Program-made: the position numbers and the translations under genes | NCBI GenBank assembly: GCA_905235375.1 | Contig: CAJOLH010000040.1 | Location: 9,028-73,027 of the forward strand | DNA: 64,000 nucleotides | Direction: 5' to 3' | Source: an uncultured Bacteroidales bacterium | GTDB lineage: Bacteria; Bacteroidota; Bacteroidia; Bacteroidales; UBA3663 | Part shown: one piece after another, positions 56,073 to 64,000 of the stretch | Position numbering within the stretch: position 1 is the first letter of the stretch | Layout: each line of letters opens with the position of its first letter | The notes under the pieces: model-generated | The model's input: only the letters and a program-made list of their open reading frames with translations | The model's database searches: none | What the model was told of the DNA's origin: nothing

Positions 56073-58192
56073 AGATGTTCGTCGAAATAGCGTGAAATAT
56101 TATTTAATAGGTGTACCCGGTCCTTGCCGCGCACGTTGTGCTCGTGGCCGATATACATCAGGAAGTCGGGATAGGTGCCGGCTGCGACCGCGTTCTTGAG
56201 GAACTGCATCGAGATCTGGGGCACGACGGTGCCGTCCTGGTCGTCGTGGATGATGAGCAGGTGCCCGCGTAGCTTGTCGGCTTGGTCGATAAGTGTGTTG
56301 GCGGCATAGCCTTCGGGGTTGCTGTCGGGTGTGCCCATGTAGCGCTCGCCGTACATCACCTCGTAACGGCTCCAGTCGAGCACGGGGCCGCCGCATACGC
56401 CCACCTTGAACGTGTCGGGATAGTTGAGCATCATGTAGGTGGTCATGAAGCCGCCATAGCTCCATCCGTAGATGCCGATGCGTTCGGTATCGACGTAGGG
56501 CAGCGTCTTGAGATAGGCGACGCCTTGCATCTGGTCGAGGGCTTCAACTTCGCCAAGATGATGCCAGATGGCCTGTTCGAAGGCGAGTCCACGGTTGTCG
56601 GAACCACGTCCGTCGATGGTGAAGACCACGTAGCCGCGATTGGCCATGTAGCAGTCCCAGCCGGGCAGTCCCCACTGGAACCCGTCGGTGACGAGCTGCG
56701 CGTGAGGCCCATTGTAGAGATAGACGATGGTGGGGTAGCGCCGATCGGGATGCTTGTCGTAGTCGCGTGGCTTGACGAGGCGATAATAGAGGTCGGTCAC
56801 CCCGTCGGCAGCCTTGAGTGTGCCAAGTTCCACTTCGGGACGTGCCAGGGTGGGGTGGCTGTCGTTCGAGAGATAAGGATTGACGGCTGTGTAGAGCACT
56901 TCGGTCGCAGTGGGGCGGCCATTCTTGAGGCTGATCAGTTGGCAGGTGCGGGGCGTCGAGTGGTTGGTGTAGGTGTCATAGACCTGTGTAAATTGTTCGT
57001 TTACCTTGATGCTATGACGGCCTTCGGCCTGGGTGATGCGATTTACCTTCAAACCCTTCAAACCCTTCAAACCTTTCAAACCCCTCAAACCTTTCAAACC
57101 CCTCAAACTGCTCGTTATCTCTACCGCGTACAGGTTGCTTTCGAGCGGACTGTCGGCAGCTGCCATGAAGTAAAGGAACTTGCCGGCAGGGTCGATTCCG
57201 ACAATGGAGGTGATGTCGTACTTACCTTGGGTCAGCGGCAGACAGACCGCTTTTTCGTCGGCGATGTTGTAAAGGTAAGCCTGCATGAAGCCATCGCGTT
57301 CGCTGAGCCAGACGAAACGGTCGTTCGAGCCTGGCATAAAGCAGGCGGGATGCTTGGGCTCGACATAGCGGTCGGAACTTTCGGTGAAGAGCGTGCGCAC
57401 GAAGTCGCCTGTCTGGACGTCATAGACGTTCATCTCCATGTGGTTCTGCTCACGGTTGAGTTCGGCAATGAGGATCTGACGGCAGTCGGGATGCCAGGTG
57501 ATGCAGGTCAGGTAATGGTCGGACTGCGGTTTGGTCTTGATCCAAACGGTCTGCTTGTTGTCGGGATTGTAGATGCCCAAGGTGACCTGATGGCTCGTCA
57601 TGCCCGCCATCGGATAGCGTATCCATTTGACCTCGGCTTCCTGCGGGTCGGTCTGGAGCAAAGGATACTGACCCACCATCGACTGGTCCATCCGATAGAA
57701 TGCCAGCAGGTGACCCTTGGGACTCCAGAAGATGCCGCCGTCGATGCCAAACTCATTGCGATGGACTGCTTGTCCCCAGACGATGGGTGATTGCCCCTGG
57801 TCGGGTGAGTCGCTGTCGGTGTTGGGGTCGCTGACTTGTAGGCGAAGGGGTGTCGCGCTCTCCGAAAGCTGCTCCACCCAAAGGCGGTCGCCTTCGCAAA
57901 GGGCAGTCCATTGCTTGTCCGCACTGGGTTCGCCTTTCAGCGTCGGGCGCTGAGGTGTAGCATTGGCGGCATCTTCGGGCAGAACATAATGGAACTTCCC
58001 TTGTTCGTCGAAATGGGTGTTGAGGAGCGAGGGCGCATAGATGTAGTCAGGATGGCCTGGCGTCAGCTGAGCCATCGTGGGCAGTTCGCCTTCGCTTTGA
58101 GGGATTGTGCTCAGGATGGTTTGCGCCGATACGGAGACAGTCATTGATGTTGCCAAAAGGAGGGTGAGAAGAGCTTTGGTCCTTGTTTTCAT
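56069..58192 (-). CDS. S9-family dipeptidyl peptidase IV-like serine peptidase, carrying an in-frame (GLK/GLR)n insertion
   Basis: Signal peptide, N-terminal beta-propeller, and a C-terminal alpha/beta hydrolase with GIYGWSYGG (Ser nucleophile) and ...IHDDQDGTV...GHEH. 4-nt overlap with purD. Confidence 0.88.
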   Translation of the reverse strand: MKTRTKALLTLLLATSMTVSVSAQTILSTIPQSEGELPTMAQLTPGHPDYIYAPSLLNTHFDEQGKFHYVLPEDAANATPQRPTLKGEPSADKQWTALCEGDRLWVEQLSESATPLRLQVSDPNTDSDSPDQGQSPIVWGQAVHRNEFGIDGGIFWSPKGHLLAFYRMDQSMVGQYPLLQTDPQEAEVKWIRYPMAGMTSHQVTLGIYNPDNKQTVWIKTKPQSDHYLTCITWHPDCRQILIAELNREQNHMEMNVYDVQTGDFVRTLFTESSDRYVEPKHPACFMPGSNDRFVWLSERDGFMQAYLYNIADEKAVCLPLTQGKYDITSIVGIDPAGKFLYFMAAADSPLESNLYAVEITSSLRGLKGLRGLKGLKGLKGLKVNRITQAEGRHSIKVNEQFTQVYDTYTNHSTPRTCQLISLKNGRPTATEVLYTAVNPYLSNDSHPTLARPEVELGTLKAADGVTDLYYRLVKPRDYDKHPDRRYPTIVYLYNGPHAQLVTDGFQWGLPGWDCYMANRGYVVFTIDGRGSDNRGLAFEQAIWHHLGEVEALDQMQGVAYLKTLPYVDTERIGIYGWSYGGFMTTYMMLNYPDTFKVGVCGGPVLDWSRYEVMYGERYMGTPDSNPEGYAANTLIDQADKLRGHLLIIHDDQDGTVVPQISMQFLKNAVAAGTYPDFLMYIGHEHNVRGKDRVHLLNNISRYFDEHL
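57047..57109. repeat. Seven tandem 9-bp units (CCTTCAAAC x3, CTTTCAAAC, CCCTCAAAC, CTTTCAAAC, CCCTCAAAC) inside the peptidase CDS
   Basis: Encodes [21 protein letters not shown] on the minus strand. It is the same unit family as 54451-54703. Confidence 0.9.
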
Positions 58193-58194
58193 TA

Positions 58195-58225
58195 TCGGAG
58201 TGATCGGGGATGTCGGAGTGATCGG
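58195..58225. repeat. 13-bp direct repeat TCGGAGTGATCGG (58195-58207 and 58213-58225) immediately upstream of the peptidase ATG
   Basis: Read directly in the 44-bp spacer. It contains ATCGGA cores like the 18973-19020 array. Confidence 0.8.
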
Positions 58226-58236
58226 AAGTCACTGAC

Positions 58237-60050
58237 TTATTTGTCGTCAGGCTTTTTTGTCAAGTCGAGGACGGCTTTGCTCATGTCGAAATTTTCGCCG
58301 AACATCGGGCGGTTGGGGTCGTAGGTGCGACGTCCACGGGGCTGATGCTCGCCGCCGCGTTCTTCGAGCTTGCCATCGGCGCCTCGCTTGAAGTTGCCTC
58401 GGCTCACCGAGATGCTGCCGTCCTTGCCAATGGTGTAGGTCCTTTCGGTGCCGCTGTCCTTGCGGGGGCGTTTGGGCTTGTCGCTGGCAGCAGGCTTGTG
58501 CCCACGCTCGTAGGCTTTGCCGTCCTTGTCGAAGAAGCGCTTCTTCTTGTCGTCGCTGTCGGCTTTTCCCTCCCGTTTTCCGTCTTTCTTGAATGGCTTG
58601 TCGTCTTTCTTGAAGGTTTTGCCATCTTTCTTGAACGGCTTGTCATCCTTCTTGAACGGCTTGTCCCCCTTTTTATCGGAAGCTCCTTTCTTCCCGAAGT
58701 CCTTGCGCACGCGATCGAAGCGGGAGTTGTCCTGCTTCTGGTCGGCGCTCTGCTTGTCGAGTTCGCCCCCCTCCTGGCGGAAGTCGTCATACTTGCCGCT
58801 GAAGAGTTCGTACTTGCGGAGCTGGCAGGGTATGCCTCCGTTGTTGAGGTCGATCTTGAGCGAAGGCTTGAGACCGATGAAGTCGAAGGGCGTGCCTTCC
58901 TTGCGGTGACCTGTGCGTGGGTCGGTATAGGAGAAGGTGGCGTTGGGGTCGTCGCTTGAGATGATCCATGCCTCGGAGCCGTGGAAGTTCTTCTTCAGTA
59001 CGCTTGCCACCATGCGGTAGAAGGTGGGTACGTCGGTGAAGAGACGCTTGCCATAGGGAGGATTCATCACGACGATGCCGCCTTGGGGCTGTTCGCCTTC
59101 TGCCAATGCTTCGGCATCGGCTTTGGCCCAGGGTGCAGCATCGACCTGAAATCCTTCACCGAAAGGGAGATGTATTTGTGCAGGCCTGCCTTTCGGACGT
59201 TCTCGGTGGTGACATCGATGGCAATCTTGGAGATGTCGGAGCCGTAGATGTGATGCAGAAATTCCTTCTCCTGCGAATCGTCATCGTAGAGCTCCTGCCA
59301 AAGCTCGTCATCGTAGGCCAGTTCGCCCACTGTCCAGCGTTGGAATCCGAAGCCCTTGCGATAGAGTCCTGCGGGCGTATTGGTGGCGATGAGTGCTGCC
59401 TCGATGAGGAAGGTTCCCGAGCCGCACATCGGGTCGTAGAGGTCGCGTGTGCCGTCGTAGCCAGCCTTGAGGAGTATGCCTGCGGCCAGCACCTCGCTGA
59501 TGGGAGCGTCGGTGTGCTGCTCCTTGTAACCGCGTTTGTAGAGCGGGTCGCCGCTTGAGTCGAGGCTGAGGGTACATTCCGAACCCGTGACGTCGGGGTC
59601 TGTCGTGTCGGAGATGTGCAGATTGAGCTGCACATCGGCCGAACCCACAGCCACTTTCGGGCGTTTCATGCCATGCTCGGTGAAGTAGTCGCAGATGGCA
59701 TCCTTGGCGCGATAGATGGCGAAGCGTGAATTGCGGAAGTTCTCGGAGTAGATGGTGTTGTCGATGGCGATGGTCTGACCTTGGGCCACGTATTGGCTCC
59801 AGTCGATGGCCTTCACCTTGGCGTAGAGGTCGTCGGGGTCGGTGGCAGTGAACTGCTCGAAGGGCTTCAGCACACGCAGTGCGGTGCGGAGCCAGAGGTT
59901 CGACTTGTAGAGGAGCTGCTTGTCGCCCAGGTAGCTTACCATGCGGTTGCCGATGGTGATGTTTTCGCCACCTAATTGTTCGATTTCCTTGGCCAGAATC
60001 TCTTCGAGGCCGGCGAGGGTTTTTGCAATAATCTTGAACTTGGTTGTCAT
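58237..60050 (-). pseudogene. THUMP-domain class I SAM-dependent RNA methyltransferase (RlmL/UPF0020-like) with a Lys-rich C-terminal tail, split by a frameshift
   Basis: ORF 59067-60050 carries the THUMP domain and motif I (DPMCGSGTFLIEA) and is good up to ...ISLSVKDF. ORF 58237-59106, in another frame, carries motif IV (VVMNPPYG). The frames meet near 59145-59152, and one missing nucleotide would join them. Confidence 0.8.
58582..58665. repeat. Four tandem 21-bp units encoding DKPFKKD-type heptads in the methyltransferase tail
   Basis: gtctttcttgaatggcttgtc / gtctttcttgaaggttttgcc / atctttcttgaacggcttgtc / atccttcttgaacggcttgtc. Confidence 0.85.
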
Positions 60051-60913
60051 TGTGCTTTGTAGAATAGCTTGGTGTCGGCAGGAACATCATGGGTGACCCA
60101 GAGGTTGCCGCCTATTGTAGTGTTGTCGCCAATATGGACGCGTCCCAGGATGGTGGCGTTGGCATAGACCACCACGTGGTTGCCGAGGATGGGGTGACGT
60201 GCGATGCCCTTGACGAGCGAGCCGTCGGGCGCCTGCGGGAAGTTCTTCGCGCCGAGGGTGACACCCTGATAAAGCGTGACGTGATGGCCCAGGATGGCAG
60301 TTGCCCCGATGACGACACCCGTGCCGTGGTCGATGGCAAACGAGGGGCCGATGGTTGCTCCCGGATGAATGTCGATGCCCGTCTCGCTGTGGGCCAGTTC
60401 GGTGATCATGCGTGGGATGAGCGGCACATCGAGCTGGTGGATGGCATGGGCAATGCGGTAGTTGATGATGGCATGCATACCGGGGTAGCAGAGGATGACC
60501 TCTCCCACATTGTTGGCTGCAGGGTCGTTGCGGTACATGGCCACCACGTCGGTGGCGAGTATCTCGCGCAGTTCGGGAAGGGTTTCGACAAAATGCCTGG
60601 CGCGGCGCTTGGCCGCATCGCGCACCACTTCGCGCTCTACGAAGTCTTCACCTTGGGCAAAGGCAATGCCTGCCATGAACTGCTTGCAGATCTTCGCATA
60701 GAGGTGCTCCACACCTACGCCGATGTGATACTGCAGACCGCCTGTCACCACGCTCTTTCCGTAGTAGCCGGGGAAGAGGACGGAGCGGCAGATATCGACA
60801 ATTTCACGCAGTTCCGGCACCGAGGGAAAGGGTATTCCCTCGATGCCGAAGTGGTGCAGCTCGCTTTGAGAGATGTCGCTCAAAGTCGATATGGTCTTGT
60901 CGAAATTGTGCAT
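60047..60913 (-). CDS. cysE: Serine O-acetyltransferase (long Bacteroidota form)
   Basis: 288 aa with left-handed beta-helix hexapeptide repeats (IHPGATIGPSFAIDHGTGVVIGATAILGHHVTLYQGVTLG) and an N-terminal SAT helical domain. Confidence 0.88.
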   Translation of the reverse strand: MHNFDKTISTLSDISQSELHHFGIEGIPFPSVPELREIVDICRSVLFPGYYGKSVVTGGLQYHIGVGVEHLYAKICKQFMAGIAFAQGEDFVEREVVRDAAKRRARHFVETLPELREILATDVVAMYRNDPAANNVGEVILCYPGMHAIINYRIAHAIHQLDVPLIPRMITELAHSETGIDIHPGATIGPSFAIDHGTGVVIGATAILGHHVTLYQGVTLGAKNFPQAPDGSLVKGIARHPILGNHVVVYANATILGRVHIGDNTTIGGNLWVTHDVPADTKLFYKAQ

Positions 60914-60916
60914 TGG

Positions 60917-62137
60917 TCAGATGCCGTATTTTGCACGAAGTGCCTTCGGGATGGCATTCTTGTTGACGACGTAGTTGAGGGTCTTGGCGCGCACGAACTC
61001 GGGTGTCATATACCAGATGCCGTCGTACTTGCCGGTGACACCCCAGCTGTTCTTGATCAGATAGTAGAGGTTGCCCTCCTGGTCCTTGGCCGTGCCGAAG
61101 AGGTGCATACCGTGGTCGTCGCCGGTCTCGAAGTTGTCGTAGCCGCGCTGACGTTCCTCTACGGTCACTTTCTTCTGTGGCAGGGGCTTCTCGCTAAGTT
61201 GCTTGCCCTTGGCGCTGCGGTCCAGACGGAGCCAGCGTGCCTGGTCGGCACCGGGTGCATCGGGTGCATCCATGTCGGGATAGACAGCCAGACCGTCGCG
61301 TGTGAATCCGTCTTCGCTCACATCACCGCCCCAGAGCACGGTGTAGCCGGCTTTGATGGCCTCGTCGATGATCTGCATGAAGTCGTCGAGCTCGAGGTTG
61401 AGGCTTTCGCCCCAGCGCCAGTTGTCCTGCACCTCAATGATGAAACCCTTGCCCTTGTTGGCACCCGTCGAATAGGGGTGATGGGTGAACGAGGTGATCG
61501 AAATGTAGTCGTCGGGGTTGAGGCCGGTGCTTGCGGCAAAGGTCATGGGAGTGTAGGTCTTGCCTTCGTAGGTAAACGTCTCGGGAGCCTTGCCAAGATA
61601 AACCTCATGCACGGCGCGAAGTGCCTTCTTCCAAAGTGGTTCGCCATCGGGACTGAACTGGAGCTTGCGGGCACTGGCGGCAGCCTTGACGATGGGGTCG
61701 GTCATGGCTGAAAGCTCGCCGTGGTTGCTCAGCGTGTCGCCGTACATGACGCCGGCAGGCATCTCGCTGTCGGGGACAAGGCCGTAGTTGCGGAGGCAGT
61801 AGAAGACATCGGCGAACGAGCCTCCCTGGGCAAAACTGACATCACCATGCATACGCACCGACTTCTCGGCACGATCCATATAGGTGTTCTCGACAACAAA
61901 CATTTCGGAGAAGTCATAGACCTTGCCTGTCTTCTTGAGCACCTCGCTCTCCAGGAAGCTCAGGCCGGAATAGCTCCAGCATGTGCCGGCATTCTTCTGG
62001 TTCTTGACCGGGGTGATGGCTACTGAATCGATGGTGGTGAACTGGAACCCTTTCACAGAGTCGTTCTTGACATCCTCTTGTGCAAAGGTTGCACACGAGA
62101 TCAGGGCGGCAATGCCGCACAACATGGTTTTCTTCAT
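60917..62137 (-). CDS. C1-family cysteine peptidase (aminopeptidase C / bleomycin hydrolase-like) with a signal peptide
   Basis: Active-site block NQKNAGTCWSYSGLSFLESE and a C-terminal His/Asn region (DDHGMHLFG...IKNSWG). Confidence 0.8.
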   Translation of the reverse strand: MKKTMLCGIAALISCATFAQEDVKNDSVKGFQFTTIDSVAITPVKNQKNAGTCWSYSGLSFLESEVLKKTGKVYDFSEMFVVENTYMDRAEKSVRMHGDVSFAQGGSFADVFYCLRNYGLVPDSEMPAGVMYGDTLSNHGELSAMTDPIVKAAASARKLQFSPDGEPLWKKALRAVHEVYLGKAPETFTYEGKTYTPMTFAASTGLNPDDYISITSFTHHPYSTGANKGKGFIIEVQDNWRWGESLNLELDDFMQIIDEAIKAGYTVLWGGDVSEDGFTRDGLAVYPDMDAPDAPGADQARWLRLDRSAKGKQLSEKPLPQKKVTVEERQRGYDNFETGDDHGMHLFGTAKDQEGNLYYLIKNSWGVTGKYDGIWYMTPEFVRAKTLNYVVNKNAIPKALRAKYGI

Positions 62138-62146
62138 CTTTTTTCC

Positions 62147-63775
62147 TTATTTTTTGTTTTCCTTGTTTTTCTTGCTGGTGGGCTGCAGAATGTCGCTGTA
62201 GCGTTTCTGGTCGGCGACGAGCGCCGCCGCCTTCCTTACGAGGGTGTCCTGCAGCAGGCCGTGTTCCGACTGTCCGCGCTGATGGTAGTAGCGAAGGACG
62301 ATCTCGTTGGCCACCTCCTCCTTGATCTCGTCACGCAGCGAGTCGAGGTCATGCTTCATGTCGAAGACCTTAAGAAGGGTCAGGATGCTGTCCTTCTTGT
62401 TTGCGAGGGCTTCCTTGCAGAACGCATCGTACTCTTCGTCCGTGAGCTTGAACTCGCCGATGGGGGCGATGGTCTCATGCTCCTGGCGATAGCGTGTGGC
62501 ATAGTCGAACGTGAGATATTCGCGGTCGAGATAATAGGCCAAGCCTGACATCTGCTGCGGCGTCACCTCGACGTCGGGCTTGATGCCGCGTCCGTCGCGC
62601 ACTTCGCGGCCATTGGCGGTGAAGAATGCGTGAGTCAGCGAGTCGGGTATCTGCTCGGCTTCGCCCAGCTTGTAGTTGATGACCTGGATGCAGCGCCCCG
62701 ATGGGATATAGTATTTGGCGGTGGTGAACTTCATGAGCGTGTTGTAGGGCAGGGGGCGGGTGCTCTGTACGAGGCCCTTGCCGAACGACCGTTCGCCCAT
62801 GATGACGGCGCGGTCCAGATCCTGCAGCGACCCGCTCAGAATTTCGGCAGCGGATGCCGAATTGCGGTCGATGAGGCAGACGATGGGCAGTTGCGGCTCG
62901 ATGGGCACGGTGTTGGTGCGGTAGGCGCTGTTCCATTCGGGGCGCTTGGCCTTGGTTTCGACCACGGGGCTGCCCTTTGGCACGAACATACCCACTATCT
63001 TCACCGCCTCTTCAAGCAAGCCGCCTCCGTTCTGGCGCAGGTCGAAGACGAGTCCCTTGAGCGAATGTTGCTGGTCGGCACGCATCTTGACGAGCGCATC
63101 CTGCACGTCCTGTCCTGCCTTGTCGGTGAATTGCGACAGGAAGATGTAGGCCACACTGTCGTTGAGCCATCCGTAGTATGGCACCGCATCGAGCACAATC
63201 TTGCGGCGATGTATCTCGAAGTCGATCGGCTCTTCGACGTAGGGCCGTTTCACGCGAAGGTTGAACGTCGTGCCGGCTTGTCCGCGCAGTTTCTCGCTCA
63301 CTTCGGAAGTGGATTTCTTGATCATGCTCTCGCCGTCGATGCTGAGGATGGCGTCGCCTACACGCACGCCGGCTTCCATGGCAGGCCGTCCCTCGTAGGG
63401 ATTGGCTACAATCACCGTGTCGCCGCGCTGCTGTATCAGGGCACCGATGCCGCCGTATTCGCCGGTGGTCATGGTCTTGAAGTCCGACTGATCCTCTTCG
63501 CTGTAGAATTCGCAGTAGGGATCGAGCTCAGCGAGCATCGCCTTGACGCCGATGGCCAGGGCTTTACCCCAGTCGATGGTGTCAACATATTGTCCCTGCA
63601 ATGTCGTGATGGCGGATCCCAGAATCTCCATATATTGCTGTACGTCGAGGTGCAGGTCCTCCACTTTCTTCTTGCTGCTGTTGCCCGATGACTGTGCCAG
63701 GGCCTGTGAGGGACAGGCGAGGCCAAGCATCAGGCATGTGATGAGGCCGACGAGGCCCAACATCTTTTTCTTCAT
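62147..63775 (-). CDS. S41-family carboxy-terminal processing protease (PDZ-containing)
   Basis: Signal peptide, PDZ domain (GVRVGDAILSIDGESM) and S41 catalytic block NSASAAEILSGSLQDLDRAVIMGERSFGKGLVQ. Confidence 0.88.
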   Translation of the reverse strand: MKKKMLGLVGLITCLMLGLACPSQALAQSSGNSSKKKVEDLHLDVQQYMEILGSAITTLQGQYVDTIDWGKALAIGVKAMLAELDPYCEFYSEEDQSDFKTMTTGEYGGIGALIQQRGDTVIVANPYEGRPAMEAGVRVGDAILSIDGESMIKKSTSEVSEKLRGQAGTTFNLRVKRPYVEEPIDFEIHRRKIVLDAVPYYGWLNDSVAYIFLSQFTDKAGQDVQDALVKMRADQQHSLKGLVFDLRQNGGGLLEEAVKIVGMFVPKGSPVVETKAKRPEWNSAYRTNTVPIEPQLPIVCLIDRNSASAAEILSGSLQDLDRAVIMGERSFGKGLVQSTRPLPYNTLMKFTTAKYYIPSGRCIQVINYKLGEAEQIPDSLTHAFFTANGREVRDGRGIKPDVEVTPQQMSGLAYYLDREYLTFDYATRYRQEHETIAPIGEFKLTDEEYDAFCKEALANKKDSILTLLKVFDMKHDLDSLRDEIKEEVANEIVLRYYHQRGQSEHGLLQDTLVRKAAALVADQKRYSDILQPTSKKNKENKK

Positions 63776-63891
63776 GTTCTAAATGTTAAAAAATTTGGGC
63801 AAATATCGCCATTTTTTTTTGAATATCCAAAAAATGACTGTGTTTTTTGCTTTTTTTCGGGCAATCTTTGGGAAAAGTGGGCAAAATGCCC

Positions 63892-63899
63892 TATCTTTG
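63892..63899 (+). promoter_or_regulatory. Candidate -7 box (TATCTTTG)
   Basis: Matches TAnnTTTG 30 nt upstream of the ATG at 63929. Confidence 0.4.
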
Positions 63900-63928
63900 C
63901 AGCAAATAATTCCATATTGGTTAGTGCG

Positions 63929-64000
63929 ATGCAATCCATTTTGAAGCTTTTGGCGAGCTGCCTGCTGTCGGTGGGCACTGTCCATGCCGGCAGTGACATT
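63929..64000 (+). CDS. 5' end of an unidentified secreted protein (partial)
   Basis: ATG followed by MQSILKLLASCLLSVGTVHAGSDI, which looks like a signal peptide and stays open to the window edge. A promoter box lies upstream. Confidence 0.35.
   Translation, partial: MQSILKLLASCLLSVGTVHAGSDI

Noticed and set aside
54540-57790. Plus-strand ORFs of 483 aa (54540-55991) and 502 aa (56282-57790), antisense to purD and the S9 peptidase.
   Set aside because: These are shadow ORFs. The first also starts inside the 9-bp minisatellite.
60089-61711. A 540-aa plus-strand ORF spanning cysE and the C1 peptidase in antisense.
   Set aside because: It crosses a gene boundary on the other strand and has no motifs. 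Both minus-strand genes have clear catalytic signatures.
1-64000. A search for mobile elements, integrases, a genomic island boundary, tRNA/rRNA genes, toxin-antitoxin genes or defence genes.
   Set aside because: No transposase, integrase, RT or cas-like translation and no tRNA-like structure was recognised. The only mobile-looking DNA is the short repeat families reported above.

Overview
This 64-kb window looks like a Bacteroidales chromosome, probably Prevotellaceae-like. That placement is inferred from the SusC/SusD loci, TAnnTTTG -7 promoter boxes, lipoprotein signals and the absence of Shine-Dalgarno sequences; I cannot assign a species. Almost all of it is coding, and no rRNA, tRNA, CRISPR array, transposase or integrase was recognised.

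Gene blocks, left to right:
1. The rimP-nusA-infB operon (minus strand). infB runs off the left edge and is missing from the ORF track.
2. A plus-strand operon of porin, imelysin, a DUF1111 di-heme protein and a fused CcsBA cytochrome c synthase. It converges on a second, split ccsB/ccsA pair.
3. A roughly 20.5-kb, 11-gene minus-strand (gluco/galacto)mannan PUL: SusC, SusD, two surface glycan-binding lipoproteins, GH26, GH94, GH26, GH130, a GPH symporter, an epimerase and GH36. The symporter is frameshifted.
4. A lipoprotein combining a single CxxCH heme motif with a beta-propeller, followed by glycerate kinase.
5. A roughly 490-bp nested repeat array.
6. A second roughly 16-kb same-strand cluster: AraC, an O-acetylesterase, a GH5 mannanase, a Rid/FkbO-like protein, SusC, SusD and a small lipoprotein. 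Its tail is an uncharacterised triad in which two paralogous polytopic membrane proteins bracket a second CxxCH/propeller lipoprotein.
7. Housekeeping genes: DUF1846, a membrane protein, purD, a DPP4-like S9 peptidase, a frameshifted THUMP methyltransferase, cysE, a C1 peptidase and an S41 protease.

The best candidate for an undescribed system is the SusCD-linked triad together with its paralogue next to the other PUL. It sits in a window that also encodes two cytochrome c maturation systems.

A second theme is several families of short tandem oligomer repeats in the spacers: a 7-mer AATTGTT, an 8-mer ATTCCGNN, a 9-mer GGTTTGAGG and a 28-bp TGGTCAT palindrome module. The 9-mer family also occurs in frame inside the peptidase gene.

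All calls come from reading the translations and DNA by eye. No database search was run.
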